A DNA stretch of 64,000 nt from the human T2T-CHM13v2.0 reference genome, Homo sapiens. Below are positions 42,870 to 55,400 of this stretch, piece after piece. The stretch lies in NCBI RefSeq assembly GCF_009914755.1, contig NC_060937.1. One strand, 5' to 3'. How positions within the stretch are numbered: position 1 is the first letter of the stretch; the number at the start of each line of letters is the position of its first letter. Position numbers and translations under genes: made by a program. The notes below the pieces were generated by a model that worked only from the letters and a program-made list of their open reading frames with translations, made no database searches and was not told the DNA's origin.

Positions 42870-43077
42870 CACTCTGCATGTGGTTGATGAGATCCTTTTT
42901 CAGAGCGTCCCCGCTGATGTCGGAATCGCTGTCGTTGAAATCACTGTCCCCTTTACCGCTGTCTTTGCCGCTGAACTTCTCTGCTTCTCTGCCAGAAATG
43001 GTGTTGAAGGAGTGTCCTTTCCACACCGCCACAGGGGGCGCCGGCTCCTTTCCAAAACCCGGGGAGGCACCGTAGGG
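42870..43077 (-). CDS. PCDH8: PCDH8 coding exon 2 (208 nt; conserved motif CM1 [17 protein letters not shown])
   Basis: Acceptor ttccctgctgcag|CCCTAC at 43078/43077, donor AGTG|GTGAGG at 42870/42869. In frame with exon 1 ([11 protein letters not shown]...NHMQS). Confidence 0.95.
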
Positions 43078-43250
43078 CTGCAGCAGGGAATAGGGGAATG
43101 GGAGTGGGGGGAGGGTTGGATAAGAAACAAACAAAAAACAAGTGCGACAGGTTGTCTACCTGAATGCACCCACCCTACCCCTCCAGTCTCCCTTCCCCCA
43201 GCCTGTCCGCGGAGCTCGGAGGGGGGCGCCCAGCCGAAGGAAGGCCTCAC

Positions 43251-45881
43251 CTCGGCGTGCGCGCCGCGGAGCCGCTGCTGCCCCTCGAAGTGACAGGCGC
43301 TTTCCCCAGTGGCGCTGCCGCCCTCTGAGCCCGGCACTTCGGCCGCGGCGACCGCAGGCGGAGGCGCGTCCGCCGCGGGGCTGCCAAAGGGCGCTTTGCC
43401 GGTGCCAGGGAAGGTGAGCACGTCGAACATGTTGGGCCTGGGCCCGGCTCCCCGGGCGGCCTCCTCCGGGGAGCCGGGAGCCGAGGCTCCGCCGCCCGCC
43501 GCCCCGGGCCGCTCTTCCCGGAGGGCCCCCCCTTTGCGCACCTCCTTCTTGCGGCGGTTGCAGGTGGTGGCGATGGCGATGATGGCGGCCAGCAGCAGCG
43601 TGCAGCTCCCGGCCAGCACGATGATGACGATCAGCGGCGTGTCCCATTGCAGCACCGACCCGGACACCCCGAGCCGAGAGCCAGGCGGGCGGGAACGCTC
43701 CGGGCTTCCTGCACTGGCAGGCGCAGCCGGCCCACGCCCGCCCCCTGCTGTTACCACGAAGCTGACAGTTGCGGTGGTGGTGAGCGGGGGACGGCCGCCG
43801 TCGGATATGACCAGGAGCGCCCTGAACACGCGACCGGGTGGCTCCTGCGAGAGGTCGCCGGTGAGCAGTATCTCCCCCGTGCGGCGGCCGATGGCGAAGG
43901 CTTCGCGCGGCTCCTGCTGCTGCAGCTCGAACGCCAGCTCCCCGTTGGCTCCCTCGTCTGCATCCCGGGCCTGCACACGGGCCACAACCGTGTCCTTTGC
44001 GGTGCGCCCAGGCACCGCCACTTCTAGGGAGCCATTGGCTGGCGCCGGGTGCACCAGGACTGGCGCATGGTCGTTCTGGTCCAGCACGCGCACTTGCACT
44101 AGGGCGCTGCTGGAAAGCTGAGGGGAGCCGCCGTCGCTAGCTTGGATGCGAACGTCGAGTTGGCGCAGCGTCTCATAGTCGAAGCTGCGCAGCGCGTAGA
44201 TGGCTCCGGTAGCTGGGTCCACCGAGACATAAGTGGACACGGCGCCCCCGGCGCGGCCCACCTCGGCCTCCAGCAGCCGGTAGGTGACCTGGCCGTTGCG
44301 GCCCAGGTCCCGGTCGCGGGCGGCCACCGTGGCCAGGTAGGCGCCTGGCGGGTTGTTCTCGCGCACCGACACCTCATAGACCGGCCGCGTGAAGAGCGGC
44401 GCGTTGTCGTTCTCGTCGCCCACACGCACCGTGTAGGGCCGCACTGTGCGCAGCGGGGGCGCGCCGCGATCCTCGGCCACCAGCGTCAAGTTGTACTCGG
44501 CGATGCGTTCGCGGTCCAGCGACGCCGCGGTCACCACCAGGTAGCTGCCCGCGTAGGCCGGCTGCAGCCGGAAGTGCTCGTGCCCATAGAGGGCGCAGCG
44601 CACTTGCCCGTTGGCGCCCGAGTCCCTGTCCGAGGTGCTGACCAGGGCCACCAGGCTCTCGCGCGCCGCCCCCTCCGGCACCAGCGAAGTGGCACCAGCC
44701 TCCGGCGTCCCGGCTCCCGCCGGCGAGCTAGCGTCCGCTCCCCCGAGTGCAGCGGCGGCGGCGGCAGCGGCGAAGGGTGAGGTTGCCGGCGCGCCTGGGG
44801 CGGCCAGCGGGGTGATGGCGATGTCGGGTGCGTTGTCATTGACGTCTCGGATGCGCACGATGACCTTGCAGGTGGCAGCGCGGGGCCCGGGTCCGCGGTC
44901 CTGCGCCCGCACGTCCAGCTCGTAGGTGTCCTGACGCTCGTAGTCCACGGGCCCGGCCAGGGTGAGGCGGCCTGATCGCGGGTCAAGCCGAAAGAGGCGG
45001 CGCGCCTCCGGCGGGGTGCGGGCGCCAAATGCGAACACCACGTCGCCGTTAGGTCCCTCGTCGGGGTCGGCTGCGTCCAGGTCGAGAAGCAGGGAGCCCA
45101 CGGGCGCGTCTTCCGCCAGCTCCACTTCGGCCACGGCGCCCTGCGGGAAGGCCGGGCTGTGGTCATTCGCATCCAGGACGCGCACGCTGAGGGCAGCCGT
45201 GGCGGAGCGCGGCGGGCGGCCGCCGTCCTGGGCCACCAGCTCCAGGCTGTAGGCGGCCTGGCTCTCGCGGTCCAGCTCCTGCAGCAGCACCAGGTCTGCG
45301 CACTGAGCGCCGTCCGCTCGCGTCTGCAGCTCCACGCGAAAGGGGCTGTGCGGCTCGGCCAGGCGCACGGTCTGCAGCCCGTTGGCGCCCACGTCCTCGT
45401 CCACCGGCACCTCCAAGGGGATGCGCGTGCCCACTGCCGCACCCTCGGACACCTCTACCGGGATCTGGGCCCTGGGGAAGCGCGGCGCGTGGTCGTTGAC
45501 GTCCCTCACCTCTACCTCCACGTGCACCAGCCGGAACTGCTCCTGCGAGAAGCTGACCACATCGAAGGCCAGCACGCACTGCGGGGCCTGGCCACACAGC
45601 CGCTCGCGGTCCAGGCCGGCGTCCCCGACGGTCAGCTGCCCGTCGCCTTCGCGCACCCGGAGCAGAGAGCTGTTGAATTGCTTCATCAGGCGGAAGCTTG
45701 TGTCACCCGATACTTTCATATGCAGGTCCTCGGCCAGGGTCCCGATGACCGTGCCGGGGGCATCCTCCTCGAAGGTGCTGTATCGGACTGTTTTGCTCTG
45801 GGCCACTGAGAGCACCCAGCAGAGGCTGAAGAGCTGCAAGGGGAAAAGGCAGGGGCTGCCCCAACGCCTCACAGGACTCAT
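43251..45881 (-). CDS. PCDH8: Protocadherin-8 coding exon 1 (signal peptide, 6 cadherin repeats, TM helix, proximal cytoplasmic tail; 877 codons)
   Basis: [25 protein letters not shown]... with repeated cadherin motifs (DRE, DxNDHxP, AxDxGxP) and [24 protein letters not shown]. Donor GAG|GTGAGG at 43251/43250. Confidence 0.98.
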
Positions 45882-46079
45882 GCCTCCAGCCTCAAGTGCG
45901 ATCCGAAAGGCTAAGGAAGTCTTCTCTGGTTTCCAGGTCGGGCGTCAGTCTCAGGCTCTCGGAATCACGCTCTTTGCGAGCCCTGTGCGGGAGAAGTCTG
46001 CGGGTAGCAGCTCCGAGCCTCCAGCGGGCTCTGAGGACGCGCGGACCCGCCCTCACTCTGCGCCTCTCCGTCTCTTACA

Positions 46080-46160
46080 GAAGCTGCGCCGCCTCGCGCC
46101 GCCTTTGCCTTTATAGCCGCCGATATGCTAATCACCCGAGCCGGGTAGCCAATGGCCGCC
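46080..46160 (-). promoter_or_regulatory. PCDH8 core promoter: TATAAA (46110-46115), octamer-like ATGCTAAT (46125-46132), CCAAT box (46149-46153)
   Basis: Motifs read directly. The TATA box predicts a TSS near 46085 and a ~200-nt 5' UTR with no upstream ATG. Confidence 0.75.
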
Positions 46161-47899
46161 TCCCCCTCGCGTCGCCCCTCCGCCTGCCTCTGACAATCCC
46201 TTTAATGTGGAAAGGCTTAGAGGGGAAAACAAGAAAGGAAAATTAGGGAATCTTTCTTTTGTTTAACTCCTTTTGCTTTTTCCCCCTTTTCTTGTCAGCA
46301 CCCTGCATGTAGAGGAGTTGGCACAGGGCTCCAGGAGTAAAAGGAGCGGATGGTTTTGTTAATTGTCGCCTGCCTCCCTCCGTGCCGCGGCTAGAACTAA
46401 GTGCGAACACGCTGGGGTTTCACCCCAGTGGCTCCTGATTCCGCCTTCCCCCAGCCCCTGCCAACACACACACTCTGCATTTTGCACCTCTGACGCTTCC
46501 AAACCCTTGCAGCCCCCTACCCACAGACTTGCTCTGCTGAATGAGGCTCTGCTTTCCTTCTCTCCTAGCTACGGTGCCTGGAATAGCCTCTCGATTAAGA
46601 AGCCTGAAGGATAAGGGAAAATTGATTTTATTCAAATTTGTGTACTCAATTGTGTTTTGCTCGTGTGAGCCCCAGTGATCAGAGCTGCCACTTCCCTTTC
46701 AGAAAAGAGCCCCGCGATATGTTAGTATGCACGTCACTGTCCAAGTGGCCTTCTTAAGCCCTGGGAGCTAGCAGGCAAGGAAAAAAAAGTTCCAAATAGG
46801 ATTTAGCATAAGCTTGAGGAGATTTGGAAAGGTTTCAAAGATCAGACTGTATCAAAGGCTTATGAAGCCCTCGTTAGCAGTGGAAATAGAATGGTGTGGC
46901 AGGCGATCCCATTGGAGGCCCCAATGTCTGTATTATTTCACTGTGACAAGCTAAGGGGAGAGAAAGTTGAACAGTTTCCACAGCGGAGTTGGACTAACTT
47001 GAATATAATGAGCAAACGCCACATGTATCCATTATGTTCCTCTATTCATCCCCAATCACTGCCATAACTCTCCGGCTAAACGGTGATGGGCGCTGAATTC
47101 CACACAATACCCGGCTCGTATTAAAGTGCATTTAGAGAACTTTTTCCTCCTGATGCCTTGTTCCGCCTATTTAGAGGATTTTCTTTCTGTTCTAATAGGG
47201 CCACTCTGGGAAGCAACACTCGTCCGGTTCCAGAAGAACAAAATCACAGCGTGACGTTGAAACCTGGCAGGAACGTGGGGGGAACTTAACCATCTGCTTA
47301 GGAAAGTGTGGAGCTTCGGCACTGCCAAAATCTGGGCTGGGCGGATCCTGGGGCTGGCCGGGCGCTGCGCTGCCCCACAGATAGCCCCCTCCCATCCCTG
47401 ACGGCCAGGGAGATGGAGCTCGGATCTGCAACAAGACGGATTCTTAATGATTCTTACTGAAGGGCTTTATTGAGCAGGCTATGCAAATACACACGAAGGA
47501 GGAAAGGTAAAAAACAAAAGCCACTCACTGGAAGAAATTTTTCTTTTTAGGCGATAGGTTTGGTAAGTAGATTGAATTCAGTAAACATTCTTCAGAATCC
47601 CGATTTTGGTCCTGCTGTCAGCGTCCTATCCATGTTTTCCTTTCCCTCAAACTCGAGGGAGTGTGTTTTGGGTTTTTTTTCAGAAGAGGGTCAGGAGTTT
47701 CCTTGGAGTAGGGAGACCAAGCAGGGAGCTGGGTGGCAGGGATGAGAGGTGCTTGGAATTGTCAGAGAGCGGAACATGCAGCTCCAGCCATCCATAAATA
47801 CAAGCTCTTATAAGACTGGGGAGGGGGATGATGAGTGGCTGGAGACTTCCTCAGAGGGGTGTGTCTCTGGGTTCCCTTCTCCACCTCTTCCACCTTGTA

Positions 47900-49320
47900 G
47901 TCTTGGGAATGCTAAAAGCAATAAGGCCAGGCATCTGCAGCCGCGTGGGGACGTGGAAGGAGGAGCGCCCCCTACAGGAGCCCAAATCGCAGCCCTTTCT
48001 TCCGCTGTCTTCCATCTCCCAAGTGCGATTTAGTATGTAGCCCTCCCACCGTCCCCGCCCAAGAGATATTCCTTGGGGGGTACACGCAGTCGAAGGAACT
48101 TTCTATTTTCCTTCCGAGCCCCGCAACACTCCCACCCCAACCTGGGGCTGGCTGGTGACCTTTAGCGCCCCTAGGCTAACGTCATCTCTCCTCACCCCTC
48201 TTCCCCCGGAGACCCAGACGGGAACAGGTTCAGAACTTGGCTGGTGGACAGCGGCCTCAGCGCTTCCGCTGGCGTACCCAGGGCAAGGTCAGGCCCGCCT
48301 GGCGCTGCTGCTGCCGGGCGGAGGACCCGGAAGGTGGGGAAAGTGGGTGGAAATGGGGCCGGAGTCCCAAAGGAAGGGATTTCAGCGGTTTCCGCGAGCA
48401 CAGCCCGGCCGCGAATGGCTGGGACCCGGACCTCGCGCCAGCGCCCCCTGCGCATCTGCACCCCGCAGTTCTGGGCTGGACTCGGGAGCCCCGCCACGCG
48501 CTAAGTTTGGGTTTTTCGCTTGGCCAGAGATTCGGAACTACTTGCAATTTCTACTCAAAGTGCTTCCGCGTCAGCATGCTCATTCTCAAGGCTGAAATAA
48601 ACCAAGGCGTGCTTGAAAGTGGGAAAAGGAAAGGGGAGTAGGGGCAGGCAAAAGCCAGGAGGCGGGAGGAGGGGTGTAGGGTGGCTGGTAGCAGGTCTAA
48701 AGTGTTTTTTCCGCGGCCAGGCCCTCGTCGATCGGAAGTAGCCACGACGGCGGCGGCGCCGGGAGGCTGAGAGCTGGGAGCCGGGGAGCCCGGGAAGGGA
48801 GCCGCGAGCCTCCAGCCGCCACCGGCGCGCACAGGTCTTTCCGTGCCGGCGGTGGAGGTGTGAAGGCACGCGAACACCGTGAGCTCCGGGCCGGCAGCGG
48901 ACAGCCACTCGATTATGGAAATACGATTTAAAATAGCACATCAACGTCCGCAGCAACTCCCCGGGAAGGAAAATATGTCCGGGGAGGTGGCGCTGGAGAG
49001 GAGTAGGGGAAAGGGAGGGGAGCTCGCCCGCCCGGGTGCTGATCAGGCCTCACAAAAGCCGCTCGAATCGCCTTGTTATCATACCAAAAGGTCTGGGCAG
49101 GCCCAAAGGAGCCCCTTTCTCTCGGTTTTAGCAACTTCGCCGGCAACTGTCTCGCAATCTTGAGAACAAACACAGCTCCACAATGGCCGGCGTTTTCTCG
49201 GAATGCAAATGTTGCGGGCTCCGCAAAGCTGGGTTTCTGTTACCGAGCCTAATGCCGGCATTGTGAAACTCGCGTGCAAACACCAAGATTGACATGGGCG
49301 TCACGTGATGGATTAGGGCT
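47900..49320. promoter_or_regulatory. Second, upstream CpG-rich block
   Basis: Repeat-free GC/CpG-rich region 2-3 kb upstream of the TSS, with CTCF-like, half-CRE and E-box motifs. Confidence 0.75.
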
Positions 49321-50211
49321 CCAGGAAAGTTTTCAAAGAGGCGACAATGGGGGGCTCAGACTGATCTGATATCTCCCACAGTTTAGCGGGAAAGAAAATC
49401 AGGATATATTCTCATATGTAATAGGATTATCTTGTCCATTTCAAGTTCTATACAGCATGTAATTTATTTTTAATTAGGATTATATCTACCAGGAAAGGGT
49501 ACTAGACTTCACTGGAAAGTGTAATTCTAAGGATGGATGAAGAGGGGTTATTTTTTAAACTTTTACTTTTTTTTTTCCTTTAAAAATAAGCCCAGGGCCC
49601 TGGTTTTTCCTCCTACAGGCTCACCATTGGGTAAACCCCTCAGGGAAGTTTGCAGCAAGTGCTTGGCCAAGCAAAGAACAGAGGAAGCTCTTCGGGGCAT
49701 CTAATTCATTTTTGTAGTGAAAACACACTTTGCAAAAATCTCATCAAATTCTGAAGCCTCTGGGTTTTCTGGGGTTGGTGCACTAGAAATGCAACCAAGC
49801 TGTTTTCTACACTCCAAATTCTTTTTTTTTCTTTTTTTTTAAAGTTATCTCTCTCTGTGTGTGTATTTGTTGGGCTGTCAGTATAGGCATGGTGACTTTT
49901 AAACTGTATAGTAAACCACAAAGCAGCATTCTCCATAGCCCTGATTCAAATTCAGCAGTCAGACAATGAGACAATTTGGGGGTGAAGGTAACTGTTATTT
50001 AAACATTGATTTTGGATTGATTCCAGTGCCAGATGCTCACAAACCCTGGATCATTTCCAGATCTTGGGCCACTCTTCATTTTGTGTGTTCTGTGTGTCAC
50101 TCTGGGAGACCTGCTTTACCTGATAAGAAGCAGAACGCAGCTGTTGACTGCAGGATCTGGAATCATCCTGCTTGGGTTCAAATCTGATCATTACACTGAT
50201 TGGCTGTGTGA

Positions 50212-50565
<354 letters not shown>

Positions 50566-51230
50566 TGTCTGTATCTTAGTTCCTTTATCGGCAAAATGGG
50601 TATAATAATAGTACTTTGCAAAGTTGTTTTGAAGACTGTGTAAAATGATATAATATCAGGTGCTTAGGAACACATGTTAGTTTTTATTTCCCTTTAAAGC
50701 ACAGGGAAGAAACATCAAAGACTATGTAATCTAAACCTCTTATTTTATAGGCGAGGGATTTGTTCAGAAAGAAAAATAACTCTCCCATTTCCTGTCTGCT
50801 TCTTTGCTTTGGTGACAACTGTCTCCCCAATTCCCTCATTCCTCTCTGGAAATAATAGGTATTGTGGTAGGTATATAGATCCCAGAGGAAAGAGACAATG
50901 GTCACCTGAGGGTTCCACCAATTTTTGTGCCCTCATGTCATTTCAAAACCTTTTGGTACCTTACTTGCTAGTTGAGATCAGATGTTGACAAAAAGGAGTT
51001 CTCAGTAGAGTTTTTTCCTACTCATTTCTATAAAAGCCATGTATTCTGACTGAAACCACCTACAGATACAGATATTTAATGGACAGGAGCCCATAATTCT
51101 GGAGGAGCAGAATATTTCAAGGGACTTTCCCTCCTGGACAGTGGAATGCCTGGATAGTGTAATGCCTAGGAGCAGCAGGTGACCTCCTGCTGACTTATAC
51201 TGAGCCAAGGTACAAAAAGTGTTTGACCCC

Positions 51231-51617
51231 TCTATTACTCTGCTAGAGCTGCCATAACAAAATGCCATATACTGGGTGATTTAAACAACAAACATTTATT
51301 TTCTCACAATTCTGGAGGCACGAAGTACAAGATCAAGGTGCCAACAGGGTTGATTTCTCCTGAGACCTCTCTCCTTGGCTTGCAGATGGCCGCCTTCTCT
51401 CTGTGTCCTCATATGGCCTTTTCCCTGTGTGCTGAGCTCCCTGGTATCTCTTCCTCTTCTTAAAGGGACACCAGTCATACTGGATTAGAGCCCACCCTTA
51501 TGATCTCATTTAATCTTAATTATCTGATTAAAGGCTCTGTCTCCAAATACAGTCAGAGTCTGTTGTCCTAGGAGTTAGGCCTTTAACTTATGAGTTTTTG
51601 GAGGTCAGTCTGTAACA
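51231..51617 (-). mobile_element. MLT1 (MaLR) LTR
   Basis: gctgccataacaaaatgccat...ttctcacaattctggagg...tgtaaca. Confidence 0.8.
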
Positions 51618-51689
51618 CCTTCATTCTCTCAACCAATATTATTGAGAACTTACTAAGTTCTAGACTTTGTGATAAATGCTGTGGAAACA

Positions 51690-52435
51690 GATTAAAAAAT
51701 AAAGTATCCATACTGATACAAATAAATGATCAAATAAATAAATAGGAAAGAAGAGACAATTCTACCACAAGGAAGACTATTGAAGAACTTATGTAGTAGA
51801 TTCTCTGCCCACAAAAAAGTGGATCATAATCTCCCACTCTCTAAGTATGGACTACGTGGATTGTGACTTTCTTCCAAAGAATACAGTATGGAGTGGAGAG
51901 AAAAAGAGTAACTTTACATGGAGAAAGCTGTCAAACACTCCCTTGGTCAGGTCCTCAAGGTCAACATCAACAGTGATAGGTCATGTTGACAGTATGCACC
52001 CTAGGTGTGGTGTGATGAAAATGGCACTTTATCTCTGTGATCTTCCTCAAGACCACAGAACTTCAGTCTCATAATGAGAAAAACATCAGATAAAACTAAA
52101 CTGAAGGATGATATTCTGCAAAAACTGACCGGTATGCCTCAAAACTGTCAAAATAGTCAAAAACAATGAAAATCTGAGAAACTGTCACAGCAAGAGCTTA
52201 AAGAGACATGATGACTAAATGTAATGTGGTATTGTGGCACAGAAAAAGGACATCCGAGAATAACCAAGGAAATCTGAATAAAATGTGGGCTTTAGATAAT
52301 AACAATATTAGCTATTAATTGTAACAAAAGTACCATAGTAAGATGTTAATGACAAGGGATGTGGGGTTATGGGAACTCTCTGGACTAGCGCTACAATTTT
52401 TCTATAAATGTAAAACTGTTCTGAAATAAAAAGTT
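51690..52435 (+). mobile_element. Old L1M 3' end
   Basis: Typical 3' UTR ending ...gggaactctc...caatttttctataaatgtaaaactgttctgaaataaaaag. Confidence 0.65.
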
Positions 52436-55400
52436 AGATCCTGCCAACCCTGAGGATGAGGAGACAGAAGAGTAATCAGACAGCAAATGTGTGTGAGAAG
52501 TGCTGTGAGGAAGGCCCACACCGCTGCTGATCACAGGTGGCTTCTTGAGGAAGAGGAATATCTGGACATGTGGCACGGGGCCTAAGAACGGTACAGGTAT
52601 GCTCTGCCTGACTGTATGAGCCCAGAGGAGGGAGGCCAAATTGTGCTGGGAAATGGGAATACTCAGGGAAAGCTTTTGGGTGACATTTGAGTTGACTTTT
52701 GAAGGATGAATAGAAATTAGCTAGGAGTAGAAAGGGAGAAGGTAGGGGTGGAGATGAAAAAAACATTCCTTGCAGGACGAACAGCAAGTGAAACAAAGGT
52801 CTCAGGGCTGGGGTGTAAGGCTCTATGAAAGGACCTAGTGAGTACAGAGAGGTGATGAAAGCCGGGGTGAGCAGGTGGGTGCTTTGTGTATCTTGTTAAG
52901 GCATTTGGGTTTTACTCTTAAGGCAATGGAGAGTGTTGAAGTATGTCACCCTGACATAAATAGGCTCACCAGAGTAAAGTGAAAGAAAATCAGGTGCAGG
53001 GAAAGGGAAGTGGAGAAAGAAGCCTGCGCTGGTGGAAATTTGACCTGGAAGGAAAGTCAAGGGTAATTCTCTCAAGTAACTGTTTAGGGAAGAGTAGTGA
53101 GTGACTGGTAAGGCCAAATCCCAAGAGACTCAGGGGAGAGAAGAGCACACTCTGATGACACTTGTTCGTCTATGGGCTGAGCCTGAGGACTGTGTTTCCT
53201 ACTATGAGTCCCATCTCCCTCCAACCAGGAGCTGAAGCAAATGGTGTAGGAGTTGCTGGTTGGTGTTTTCCAGCCATCACCAGCCCTCTGGAGAATGCAT
53301 TTCCTCCTGGGAGCCTCCTCTTGAGTTTAGTTCCAAGAAGAATGCAGATGGACAGTGGTGGGAGAGAGGATTTACTTTTTCTCAACAAGTTGAGGCTTCT
53401 CTGGGTTCAACCACAAGCAAATCTAGTGGCACCTCAGTGTATCTTCTGTTGGACATCTGTCCATGACAAATGATGGTGGGGTGGAAGTGGGATGTTCTCC
53501 AGCTGTCCATGGCCCAGGGGTGTTTCCCTTAACACCCGAAGGATTCAGTGTGTGTGAGGAAGAAATTAAAAATTTCCCTGGAGCCTTTTGGCTGGAGGGT
53601 GTGGGATATGGGATGTGGCCTGGGTTCCTACGACCTTGTTTTTGGTGCTTGGGCACTTTGAGGCAGAATTAGAAGAGATTACAGAGTTCATGGGGGAAAA
53701 AGAGGTTGTGGGTAATGAAGTAAACCTTCAGTGAAGAACCACAAATCTGTGCCTAAACTACATGCAGGAGTTGTATAGTTACATAAACTGGATGGTTTAA
53801 TTGGTCTCAGAGCCTAAAATATGTTGCTACAAATTTAGGGTTTTGTTATTAATAAATCCCACATGACTTAAAAGAAATTAAGGCAGGTCGCTAGAGCCTT
53901 TTCTAGGCAGAGAGAATTTTAATCATTGGCTAGTCTTTTTTCTTCCTCCTCAAAACATTGTTCTGTAAGTGCAGAAGACTTCTGACTTAGGTCTTCCTTT
54001 GCATCTGACAGCTTGAACTCACTTGCTTTAAGTGGGTCACAATCCACTTTTGAAATGGAAATGAAGTCTTCATGGCAGCCTCTGCCTCAGAACCCTGGGA
54101 CCCAGGACCAGCCAAGACACGGTGGAGCCTGATGTTATAAATTTCTCTATAGATCTGAGAGCAGTTTTACACCATTGATCTCACGTCACCCAGAATTGAG
54201 ATGGAGTGACAGCTGATAAACTGCATGGTGACAGGCTATGGCCTTGGAAAAAAAAATCCAGATGTGGGATTAAAAAAAAAAGAGCTGATGGATTAGTTAT
54301 TGGCCCTCGAATATCCCTTACCCTGGATTCCTTCCAACCACTTTAGAAGCATTTATTTTCAGGTAATTTTACAGTTGTCTCTTTGTCCTTCAGAGGTGCT
54401 TTGGTCTATGAAACCTCTCAGAGAATTTAGATGAAATCATTTTTATATGTATTGCCTGACACCCCCTGGAAGTCCCAGAGCCCTGCTCTTAGGTCTGAGC
54501 CTTTAGGGGGCTTTTACCTGCACATTCAGGGGACTAGGGATGCAAGTAAACCATTGGTATTCATGCTAATTTATGATTTTGTAGCAGAATTACCCAGTCT
54601 ATAGCCCTCAAGCACCACTTGCTTTAATGGGGCAAGTGGGGAGGAAGGCACATTGGTGGGTGTGGGAATGGGAGATGGGTTTCTCCTTGGCCAGTATTTA
54701 AATGAGTGGGTTTTTTTTTTCATGCTACAATTAAACTTTTTGAATCACCTTTTGATTCCAGCTCCTCTGTCCAAAGGGCCTGGGACACCTTCAGAAAGAT
54801 TTTGAGTAGGCGAGGTGCGAGGGCCTGTGTTGGAGAGATTGGGGAATGTGGTGGATTATTTGTGTTCGGAGGATGAACAAAGGTTGAATTCTTGCTGCCC
54901 TGGCTCTGAGCTCCTGCTTTGGTGTCCAGGGTGGGAACCTGAAATGGGGAAGAATGGGCTGCTCTATGCATTGAACCGCGAGCCCTCCCGGGCATGGCCG
55001 TTCGTAAGGCATCAATCTTGCTTTGCTTTGCCTCAGGAGCCTTGTATAGAGGCCTCTGGTCTCAGGGGACAGAGAAGAAGGTTAGATGGAGGGAGCAGAG
55101 CCCCCACAGGGAAAAATAATGTGACAAGCTGTCAGAACACGGCGACTGGGTGACTCCTGTTCCCTCAGTGGCCAGGGGGCCCCGCCGGGCCCTGCATCCT
55201 TCAGGGCTGGGAGCTGGAAAAAGGGAACAATATAGGATGTGTGATAGATTACACACCTTTCCATCAAACCCCAGTGGAGGCTTTTGCTGGACTTTTGGAA
55301 AAGGAGGAATGGAGTGGCTTTCCCCAGGAGTGGAATGTTGTGACTAGATTATTTTGGAGAGGGAATTCTAGGAATAAGGTGCCATGAAATCTATAAGGAC

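Larger units (their letters stand above)
43200..46200. promoter_or_regulatory. CpG island covering the PCDH8 promoter and exon 1
   Basis: Very high GC and CpG density compared with the CpG-depleted flanks. Confidence 0.9.

Noticed and set aside
42900-45881. 993-aa ORF as the canonical PCDH8 protein
   Set aside because: It reads through intron 1. The canonical product is the spliced 1070-aa form; the read-through is kept only as a hypothetical isoform.
43142-46246. Long overlapping and antisense ORFs over PCDH8 exon 1 (270, 303, 244, 216, 212 aa)
   Set aside because: Shadow frames expected from GC-rich coding DNA; low complexity with no recognisable domains.
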